Below, in pieces: positions 33,716-40,532 of a DNA stretch of 41,118 nucleotides (position 1 is its first letter; every line of letters starts with the position of its first letter). The notes under the pieces were generated by a model. The model was not told where the DNA came from. It ran no database searches and was given only the letters and a program-made list of their open reading frames with translations. Location: the IMG/VR virus record IMGVR_UViG_3300012362_000001, positions 1 to 41,118 of that record; one strand, given 5' to 3'. A program made the translations under genes and the position numbers. The DNA comes from a virus.

Positions 33716-33907
33716 ATGAGCAGCTTCAAGCCAGATCCAGCGCCGAAAGAATCCTGCGCATCCGAACAAGAGCATTCAGGCATTTTCCCTTTCGAATTTT
33801 TCACCCCGCTTCAGTTGGTCAGGCTGCGCAGGATAGCGAAAGAAAAGGGAACCACCGTCAGGGCTGTCGTCATGGCCGCAATCGAGGATTTTCTCAAAAA
33901 CTCATGA
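33716..33907 (+). CDS. Ribbon-helix-helix DNA-binding protein (63 aa)
   Basis: FPFEFFTPLQLVRLRRIAKEKGTTVRAVVMAAIEDFLK fits strand, helix, G-T-T turn, helix. It is the first gene of the rightward operon. Confidence 0.65.
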   Translation: MSSFKPDPAPKESCASEQEHSGIFPFEFFTPLQLVRLRRIAKEKGTTVRAVVMAAIEDFLKNS

Positions 33908-34173
33908 ATGTGCAAGAACAGGAATACGCGACGTACAGAGAAGTTAAGGCACGCTTCGCGATGAACCGGTTCATGCTTTATTCACTGGCTCGCGAGGGGA
34001 AAATCAAAAGCGTGTCACTCAGGAGACCCGGCAAGCGGTGGGGCATCCGGCTATTTCACGTGCCGAGTGTCCGTGAATTTCTGGAATCTCTAGAACAAGA
34101 AAAAGCGCCCGATCAACCCTCAAGGGACCGAGCGCTTCGAAGGAAGGAAAACAAATATGACAACTCAAAGTAA
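33904..34173 (+). CDS. Excisionase/MerR-type helix-turn-helix protein (89 aa)
   Basis: ATGA-coupled internal ATG of track ORF 33712..34173. YATYREVKARFAMNRFMLYSLAREGKIKSVSL...RLFHVPSVREFLES matches the HTH_17/Xis-like pattern. Confidence 0.7.
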   Translation: MNVQEQEYATYREVKARFAMNRFMLYSLAREGKIKSVSLRRPGKRWGIRLFHVPSVREFLESLEQEKAPDQPSRDRALRRKENKYDNSK

Positions 34174-35176
34174 AGCACTTGTCACTTTAGAAGACAAGGC
34201 AAAACAATTGGACAAGGTCGCGACCAAGTTCAGCGATTCACTGAATTTTGCCGCAAGTCCATTTGGTGCGGCAATTGCGCTGTCTCAAAACATCTCCGTT
34301 CTCCGGGAGCTCCTCGACGACGGTATCATGGCGGAAATCATGAGACTCGCCGATAGCCCGCTCGGATTCCTGACCGACAAAAAGGACAGAGGCGGATATC
34401 AAGCTCGCGAGGTTAGGGACGCGATTATCGAGGCGACGCTGCGCGGCTTTCGCGTGTGCGGCAATGAATTCAACATCATCGCTGGCCGATTCTACGGCGC
34501 AAAGGCAGGATTGCATAGAAAGGTGATCAGCTATCCGGGAGTAACTGATTTCAAGGAGACTTTCGGGATTCCCAAGATGTCTGGGGACAAGGGCGCCATC
34601 GTGGTTGCCAAAGCAACCTGGAAACTCAATGGCACCAAGGATGCGCTCGAGCGCGAATTCGCAATCCGAGTCAATTCTGGCATGGGTGTGGACGCCATTA
34701 TCGGCAAAGGACAGCGTAAACTTTACGCGGCAGTCCTAAATCAGCTTTCGGGAATCATCACGCCGGATGGTGAAGTCGAACAGGACGCAAATGGTGGACC
34801 GGTAAAGACTCTGACGTTCACAAAGGAAGGACCAAAGATTTTTGCTTCGGAAGCACCGCAAGAGGCGTCATCGCAACCCACAGAGGCGCAAGAGGAAACA
34901 CCTAACCTGCCATTTGAATCAAATACTGCCAAAGCCGTTAAACCAGGAGAGATCGAAGATGATTTCATTCACAGAGAAACGGAGCTCGATCAGTTAAAGC
35001 TTCTCATGGTTAAATACCAAGTCACGACAGCTGAGATCCTGCGCGTGTGCGAGAATAATCACTGGAAGGTTAATAGCCTTGAAGAGATTACGCCCTACTA
35101 TATCAGGAATTTTGTCGAGTATTGGGACGATGCAATGTTTGAGATAAATGCGTTTCGGAAGGAGGCGGCAAAGTGA
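34157..35176 (+). CDS. Putative single-strand annealing protein (RecT-like)
   Basis: 339 aa. IIEATLRGFRVCGNEFNIIAGRFYGAKAGLHRKV and ...GKGQRKLYAAVLNQL loosely resemble RecT-family landmarks. It lies upstream of a RecB/Cas4-type exonuclease. The function is inferred. Confidence 0.6.
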   Translation: MTTQSKALVTLEDKAKQLDKVATKFSDSLNFAASPFGAAIALSQNISVLRELLDDGIMAEIMRLADSPLGFLTDKKDRGGYQAREVRDAIIEATLRGFRVCGNEFNIIAGRFYGAKAGLHRKVISYPGVTDFKETFGIPKMSGDKGAIVVAKATWKLNGTKDALEREFAIRVNSGMGVDAIIGKGQRKLYAAVLNQLSGIITPDGEVEQDANGGPVKTLTFTKEGPKIFASEAPQEASSQPTEAQEETPNLPFESNTAKAVKPGEIEDDFIHRETELDQLKLLMVKYQVTTAEILRVCENNHWKVNSLEEITPYYIRNFVEYWDDAMFEINAFRKEAAK

Positions 35177-35415
35177 AATTTAATCTTCAAGCGGAATACA
35201 TTGAAGCTTGTGAGGATGTTCTGCGATTAAGCCTTGAAGTTAAATCTCTAAAGGCTGAGATCGAGCGGCTCACCAATATTGTCAGAACAACAGAGGTGGA
35301 GCGAGATGCTGGCGACATGGTTATATCCCATTTACGCAACCGCGTCAACTGGCTGGAAGTCGGCATATTGGTAAAGGATAACCTCATCGCCGAACTACAA
35401 AAGGCGGCAAAATGA
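35173..35415 (+). CDS. Small coiled-coil protein (80 aa)
   Basis: GTGA-coupled with an AGGAGG RBS. Contains EIERL and ends ELQKAAK. Confidence 0.6.
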   Translation: MKFNLQAEYIEACEDVLRLSLEVKSLKAEIERLTNIVRTTEVERDAGDMVISHLRNRVNWLEVGILVKDNLIAELQKAAK

Positions 35416-35705
35416 GCTTAAGCGCAGAACGGTTTAACGAGCGAATTGCGGAGTTAGTAGAGGAGATTGAGCGGTTGAAGGCTGAGGTGAAAAGGCTGGA
35501 ATGGGTGCGTAACAATCTTACGGCTTTTCTAGATGAGAAAGATGTTTGTGCGTTGGAGCAGGCACACAATGAGTATGAGGTCTTCGTATCCGACAAAGAA
35601 CACCTAGGTTTCAACGCTGAAGGTTATTGGATGGCGTCACGCGGTCTTCTTGATACGTGGTTAGCCCGGAAGCGAGCCGACGCATACGCTAAGGAGGCCA
35701 AATGA
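35412..35705 (+). CDS. Small coiled-coil protein (97 aa)
   Basis: ATGA-coupled. Contains EEIERLKAEVKRLE. Confidence 0.6.
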   Translation: MSLSAERFNERIAELVEEIERLKAEVKRLEWVRNNLTAFLDEKDVCALEQAHNEYEVFVSDKEHLGFNAEGYWMASRGLLDTWLARKRADAYAKEAK

Positions 35706-35998
35706 GCGGACTTATGAATAATGATGAGCTAAAGGCAACGCACAAAGCTATTGATGAAATAAGGCGCCTAAAGACCATTGAGACTCGGGACGAAGCCTAT
35801 TCGGAGGCGATGGATGAGATTCGTCAGAAGGACGATGAAATCGAGCGGCTCAAGATTAAGATCCTCCGCGCGGCTGATGAGTTGGAGGATTCTCCAATAA
35901 ATCACGCGTCAGGGTGTCCTGTTTCTGGCATATGCGTTTGTGACGATGGAAAAGAGCGCGTCAATATCGTTTCCGAACTGCGAAAGGCGGCAGAATGA
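35702..35998 (+). CDS. Small coiled-coil protein (98 aa)
   Basis: ATGA-coupled with an AGGAGG RBS. Contains DEIERLKIKIL and ends ELRKAAE. Confidence 0.6.
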   Translation: MSGLMNNDELKATHKAIDEIRRLKTIETRDEAYSEAMDEIRQKDDEIERLKIKILRAADELEDSPINHASGCPVSGICVCDDGKERVNIVSELRKAAE

Positions 35999-36090
35999 AT
36001 GAAGAACTTTGGTTGAATAGCCTCCCGCTCACTGACGCTGAGATCATGGCTGAATGGATGGAAGCGCAACTAGTGGGTAGCAGGATATAA
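35995..36090 (+). CDS. Possible tiny ORF (31 aa)
   Basis: ATGA-coupled and fills the gap to the next gene. MNEELWLNSLPLTDAEIMAEWMEAQLVGSRI. Confidence 0.25.
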   Translation: MNEELWLNSLPLTDAEIMAEWMEAQLVGSRI

Positions 36091-36091
36091 A

Positions 36092-36316
36092 ATGAACAAG
36101 ATGTTAGTGATGAGTCCTCTTGGGCACGCATTGCAGCTTACTCCTTGCGGGGACAACGAGAATGTGTTCGTGGAAAGGCCGATAGAGATTAATTTACATC
36201 AGGCGAAGTACACCCAAATGTTGGCTGAAAATAACTGGCTGGTAAGAGAGGGATTTGTTGAGCTAGCCATAGGCAGTATAACGCTCGAACCTAACCCTGA
36301 ATTGGAAGCACTATGA
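36092..36316 (+). CDS. Hypothetical protein (74 aa)
   Basis: ATG ORF whose stop overlaps the next ATG. Confidence 0.6.
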   Translation: MNKMLVMSPLGHALQLTPCGDNENVFVERPIEINLHQAKYTQMLAENNWLVREGFVELAIGSITLEPNPELEAL

Positions 36317-37455
36317 AAGAAGAACGAGCAGGTTTAGGCAGTGGCAGTGGATACGCCAGGGATAAGCATTGCGCCGCTAATCGCAAGATGGAGCGTATTG
36401 CCAAGGAGACCGGAAAGGAGCCGCCATCAGAAAAGGACGCGGAGGACGGGGACGTCGTTCACCAAATTCTTGTTTATCCAGATCCCGCTCACCCTTGTCA
36501 TCCTAGAAATGTAACTCCCGAGCAATATGAATCGGCAATGTTTCTTGCCGACAGGCAGGCCAAAATCTGGGATGAGTTTTTAGCCGGTAGGGTAGGCGGA
36601 GGAATCACGCCGCCAATAAGAGAAAAGCGTTTCTGGCTATACAAGGGTATCACACCGATACGCTCAAGTAAGCCTGATTTTGTTCTAATCGTGATGGAGC
36701 CTGACGGCGCCGATATCCTGATAATAGATCACAAAACCGGGCACGCGGAGATTGAACCACAAGAGGCTGACACATGGGCGCAGCTGGAGGAGTACGCCCT
36801 CACGGTCGCAATCAACACGCAGCATCCAAGGGGGATCAAACGCGTTCGGGCTGTGATCAATTCGCGTTGGAGCGGGGTGCACAGCAAGGATTTTCCGCCA
36901 GAGTACTTAATCGCTGTTCATCGAGAGCTTTTGGCGACGATAGCAGCCGGTGGCGTGAAAGATCCTAAGGCCACGCCGGGCTGGTACTGCCGATACTGCT
37001 CCGGCCGTCTGGTTTGCCCATCGGCCGTGCTTGAGATCGAGCTCGTGGAACGCAGGACGGCCTTGCCGTTACCGGAAGGAAAAGAGGGCGAGGTGTTTAT
37101 TGATCAAGTTAAACGAGTCAACTCGCTGTGTGATCAGATCCTAAGGCATTACAAGAAACGGCTCTACGCTGAACCTGGATGCGTAGGCGCATGGCAGGTA
37201 AGCGAGGGGGATGAGTACCGATCAATCAAGGATCTGGAGGGTGCATTCATGGCGCTAGTGAGCGACGGCCGCATTACCCAGGACGAATTCATGGAATGCT
37301 GCGATGGACACATAGGCAAGCTTGAAAAGAAGTATTGCAACAGGGCTAAGAAACCAGCGGTCCAAGCGAAGCAAGATTTCAACGATCTACTGGCAGACTG
37401 CATCGAGATGAAGCGCAGGGCAGGGTCCTTAGAGAAAGTGAAGGAATTGACATGA
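36313..37455 (+). CDS. PD-(D/E)XK exonuclease, Cas4/RecB-like, with an Fe-S-type cysteine signature
   Basis: 380 aa. Contains ...DFVLIVMEPDGADILIIDHKTG (D...D-x-K) and QLEEYAL (the QxxxY motif). There is one N-terminal Cys (KHCAA) plus a C-terminal CRYCSGRLVC (Cx2Cx5C). Confidence 0.85.
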   Translation: MKEERAGLGSGSGYARDKHCAANRKMERIAKETGKEPPSEKDAEDGDVVHQILVYPDPAHPCHPRNVTPEQYESAMFLADRQAKIWDEFLAGRVGGGITPPIREKRFWLYKGITPIRSSKPDFVLIVMEPDGADILIIDHKTGHAEIEPQEADTWAQLEEYALTVAINTQHPRGIKRVRAVINSRWSGVHSKDFPPEYLIAVHRELLATIAAGGVKDPKATPGWYCRYCSGRLVCPSAVLEIELVERRTALPLPEGKEGEVFIDQVKRVNSLCDQILRHYKKRLYAEPGCVGAWQVSEGDEYRSIKDLEGAFMALVSDGRITQDEFMECCDGHIGKLEKKYCNRAKKPAVQAKQDFNDLLADCIEMKRRAGSLEKVKELT

Positions 37456-37613
37456 GTTTTCTAGATGACGCCATTGAACATGTTCTCCGTGAAAGATTGG
37501 AGCATCTTCATTATCGATTAAATCTTTTAATCAACCCGCCTGAGTCTAAAAAGTCTTTCAATAGGCATGAATGGAAAACACAAACACTCAGATTCTTTAA
37601 AAGGACGGCGTGA
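37452..37613 (+). CDS. Possible small protein (53 aa)
   Basis: Below the track cutoff. ATGA-coupled upstream and GTGA-coupled downstream, and it exactly fills the gap. Confidence 0.4.
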   Translation: MSFLDDAIEHVLRERLEHLHYRLNLLINPPESKKSFNRHEWKTQTLRFFKRTA

Positions 37614-37926
37614 AAATTGAGTTATGGCTACCCGCGTATCTTGGAAAGAACAAAAACCGGCTCTATGGGCAGCACTGGAAAGCTGTTTACGGCGAGCGCC
37701 GGAGAGCGGCAAAAGCATTACTGTCAGCTTTGTTAAATGTTCAACAGGAACTAGCGACTACTCAGGGCTCGTTGGATCTCAAGAAGCTCTCCTTGATCAA
37801 CTCCGCGATTGCCACCTTATCCCTGACGATGATTTCAAAACGATCGGGAAACCGAACTATGACCAAATCAAGGTCGGAACGATCAAGGAAAAAGGAACCT
37901 ATATTGCCATTGAATTTCGAGAATGA
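37610..37926 (+). CDS. rusA: RusA-like Holliday-junction resolvase, split by a -1 frameshift
   Basis: The N-terminal RusA pattern (IELWLPAYLGKNKNRLYGQHWK...) is in the frame of 37610. The C-terminal pattern (SITVSFVKC...SDYSGLVGSQEALLDQLRDCHLIPDDD...GTYIAIEF) is in the frame of 37624..37926. The frames can be joined at the A4 run 37711-37714. Confidence 0.65.
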
Positions 37927-38008
37927 TTAGGATGAAAGCAATTCACATTATTGATATCGGGCTCCCTTTGCTTGCGATCTTGCTTTACGCTTTACCTTAT
38001 TTACTACA

Positions 38009-38698
38009 ATGAATATTACATTTAAAACACTGCCAAAGGGTGATCGCAAAGATGCCCGGCAACCCGCAACAATACTTGAACCGTGCCCATTCTGCGGCGC
38101 GAAAGGATTCCTTGGCGCTGAGGCCACTTACTCACATAACGCCAGGGCTGGGGAAATGGATTACGCGATTCGGTGTGGCAATTGCGATTCGCTCGGTCCA
38201 TGGGGTGCAACGGCATATGTCGCGGCTAGTCTCTGGAACAAGCGGGAAGAGCCTCGGAACACACATCGCGGAAGATCGGCAGTCGTAAAGGTGGCCACTG
38301 CGGCCATCGTAGCGCTGTTGGCGTTCATGGTGCCAGTGCAAGCAGGGGAAGACTGGAGCGCATTTCCGACAACTCCACCCAATGTAGGGAATAATCGTTT
38401 CTGGTGCTATGACAGCAGGTATTTTTCTTATCAGGATTCTCCTAAACCTGCGGCTCAAGTTATTGACTCGAGTCCTGGAGTGATAGATGACCCGGCCTGT
38501 CGAGGGCTGATAGTTGCCCAGCTTAAAGATGTAAATAGCACGGTAGCTGATTGGATAATTGAATACAACCGGGCGTTCATGCTGCCGGATAGTAACGGCG
38601 GCGCTAACGTTTATCATGCCACCAACCGAAAGAACGGCAAGATCTGGGAGATAATCGTTGCTTTCCATTTTGAACAGGTACAGGCGCATGACAAATGA
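38009..38698 (+). CDS. Lar-like zinc-ribbon domain, TM segment, DWSAFPTTPP motif and C-terminal domain
   Basis: 229 aa. LEPCPFCGAKG...IRCGNCDSLGPWGATAYVAASLWNKR matches the Lar restriction-alleviation family pattern. The TM segment is VVKVATAAIVALLAFMVPV. GEDWSAFPTTPP starts at aa 113. Confidence 0.8.
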   Translation: MNITFKTLPKGDRKDARQPATILEPCPFCGAKGFLGAEATYSHNARAGEMDYAIRCGNCDSLGPWGATAYVAASLWNKREEPRNTHRGRSAVVKVATAAIVALLAFMVPVQAGEDWSAFPTTPPNVGNNRFWCYDSRYFSYQDSPKPAAQVIDSSPGVIDDPACRGLIVAQLKDVNSTVADWIIEYNRAFMLPDSNGGANVYHATNRKNGKIWEIIVAFHFEQVQAHDK

Positions 38699-38891
38699 GA
38701 CTCGGGCAAAGCTGAGCTACTGGAAGCTTGGCTCGAGAAATCCGCGTTCCAAGCTATCAGTTAACGAAGTCCTCCGAATAAGAGAATTGCGAGCCAGTGG
38801 CGTAGGGGCCGGAACGATAGCTCTGAAGTTCGGGGTCAGTAAAAACACCATCATCAGCATAGGGACCGGAAGAATCTGGCGGCATATTTAA
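38688..38891 (+). CDS. Small helix-turn-helix DNA-binding protein (67 aa)
   Basis: Internal ATG of track ORF 38658..38891. SKLSVNEVLRIRELRASGVGAGTIALKFGVSKNTIISIGTGRIWRHI is a sigma-70 region 4-like HTH pattern common in phages. Confidence 0.65.
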   Translation: MTNETRAKLSYWKLGSRNPRSKLSVNEVLRIRELRASGVGAGTIALKFGVSKNTIISIGTGRIWRHI

Positions 38892-39110
38892 ATGATCGAC
38901 TGGGACAAAGCTGAGATTCACGACATTCAGCGCTTCGGGAAATGGCTCTACTGGGCTGAGGAATGGGCCACGTTCAAGACTCAGACCAATGACGAGCTTA
39001 AGGAATCGTGGCGCTGTGAGCTCCGGTACGTCATGCTCGAGCAGGACAGGCTGCGCGAAGCGATCAACGCCCGGAAATGCATGTACACGAGCCGGGGACC
39101 GTCAATGTGA
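38892..39110 (+). CDS. Hypothetical protein (72 aa)
   Basis: ATG directly after the upstream stop. Confidence 0.55.
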   Translation: MIDWDKAEIHDIQRFGKWLYWAEEWATFKTQTNDELKESWRCELRYVMLEQDRLREAINARKCMYTSRGPSM

Positions 39111-39123
39111 TGCACCCCGTTGC

Positions 39124-39151
39124 TTGACATGTGGAACGCATGTGGTAAAGC
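39124..39151 (+). promoter_or_regulatory. Candidate internal promoter upstream of the methyltransferase
   Basis: TTGACA (39124-39129), 16 nt, then TAAAGC (39146-39151). It shares TTGACATGT-N13-TAAAG with the promoter candidate at 33602. Confidence 0.35.
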
Positions 39152-39171
39152 GTAAACAAAACGTTTATGAC

Positions 39172-40047
39172 ATGAGGAAATACAAGATTAATGCCGTAGA
39201 GGCTCAACTCGAGCTTTTCTCAGCGGAAGCGGCAGAGATAAGGAAGTTGCATACCGAACTTTTAGGGCACGTTCGAATTACGATTAAACAAGCGATTCGA
39301 ATAGGGGAATTGCTTACGGCCGTCAAGGAAGGGCTCGAGCACGGCCGCTGGCTGCCGTGGCTCAAGGCTAATGTCGAGTTTCACGAAAGAACGGCTCGCA
39401 GATATATCCGAGTCTTCGAGAACCGAGAACAACTCAAAACGGACAGCGTGTCCGATTTGACGGACGCCTACCGGCTGCTGGCGGATAAAGTGCCTAGAGA
39501 AGAAAAGCAGGCCAGGGACTTCGCTGATTTCGAGTGGCCACAAGGTAAATTTAGGGTGTTGTATGCTGATCCTCCGTGGACATACAACGATCATAGATTA
39601 GGCAGCGTGGATGGAGGAGGAGCCACGGGAACATACAGCACAATGTCTTTAGAGGGAATTTGCAACCTTGACATACCCAATATCGCATTGCCTGACTCGG
39701 TCTTGTTTTTATGGATAACTTCACCTTTACTTCCTGATGGGCTCACCGTTATGGGTAGATGGGGTTTTACTTATAAAGCGAGTTTTATTTGGGATAAGGT
39801 CCAAGGATTCAACGGCCATTACAATGATGTCAGGCACGAGCTTTTATTAGTTGGCACAAAGGGCACATGCCTGCCTGAAGTAAGTGAGCTTTTAGATAGT
39901 GTGATCGAAATTAAGAAAACTAATCATTCCGAAAAACCAGAGAGATTCCCTGAAATAATTGACTTACTCTACCCTAGTGGCCCACGGTTAGAACTGTTTG
40001 CCAGAAAGCAAAGAAAAGGGTGGAAATGCTTGGGCAACGAAGCCTAG
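39172..40047 (+). CDS. MT-A70-family N6-adenine DNA methyltransferase with an N-terminal DUF3102-like domain
   Basis: 291 aa from ATG 39172 (track ORF 38989..40047). Contains LYADPPWTY (the DPPW motif), FLWITSP, WGFTY...IWDK, HSEKP and LELFARKQRKGWKCLGNE. The N-terminus HGRWLPWLKANVEFHERTARRYIRV is DUF3102-like. Confidence 0.9.
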   Translation: MRKYKINAVEAQLELFSAEAAEIRKLHTELLGHVRITIKQAIRIGELLTAVKEGLEHGRWLPWLKANVEFHERTARRYIRVFENREQLKTDSVSDLTDAYRLLADKVPREEKQARDFADFEWPQGKFRVLYADPPWTYNDHRLGSVDGGGATGTYSTMSLEGICNLDIPNIALPDSVLFLWITSPLLPDGLTVMGRWGFTYKASFIWDKVQGFNGHYNDVRHELLLVGTKGTCLPEVSELLDSVIEIKKTNHSEKPERFPEIIDLLYPSGPRLELFARKQRKGWKCLGNEA

Positions 40048-40529
40048 AGGATTTTCATAAATCCTTACGTGAAGGGAAAGTTTTTGAAGCAAAAGTTAAT
40101 CGACTTTTAGAACGAGAGAATTTTCCTATCGGTATGTATTGGACGAAATCAGGACAACACGAATTTGGAGAGAGCCGTGCTCACGTAGAGATTAAAAACG
40201 ACACGCGTTTTAAAGACACTGGAAACAATGCGATCGAAACTGAAGAACGCCGAACCAGTGCATCTAAGTGGAGGCCTGCTGGGATATATGACAAAAGCAA
40301 TCCTTGGTTTTATGTCATTGGGGATGAATCAAAACTATGGATGCTTGGTGTTCGCCAGCTGCAACGAATGTTTGTTCAAAAACTCGAGGACGGCAGCTGG
40401 AAATATAAGCGTTTTACTAACTGGACCAATACTGGAAAAGGATTCCTGTTAAAAGTTGAGGTGGCGAACTGGATAGCCATCAAAATATGGGAAAATTGGG
40501 ATGTGCCACTTCTGCACCCCAACATGTAA
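40020..40529 (+). CDS. Hypothetical protein (about 168 aa), weak PD-(D/E)XK-like signature
   Basis: GTG 40020 or ATG 40026, overlapping the methyltransferase 3' end. GESRAHVEIKND contains an E-x-K element. The nuclease assignment is speculative. Confidence 0.6.
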   Translation: MEMLGQRSLEDFHKSLREGKVFEAKVNRLLERENFPIGMYWTKSGQHEFGESRAHVEIKNDTRFKDTGNNAIETEERRTSASKWRPAGIYDKSNPWFYVIGDESKLWMLGVRQLQRMFVQKLEDGSWKYKRFTNWTNTGKGFLLKVEVANWIAIKIWENWDVPLLHPNM

Positions 40530-40532
40530 CTC

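Noticed and set aside
33712-33903. 5' part of the 153-aa ORF 33712..34173
   Set aside because: This segment is Arg/His-rich off-frame sequence overlapping the RHH gene 33716..33907. The real gene starts at the ATGA-coupled ATG 33904.
38132-38689. 185-aa minus-strand ORF opposite the Lar-like gene
   Set aside because: It is antisense to an ORF with a clear zinc-ribbon family signature, and no other leftward genes lie nearby.
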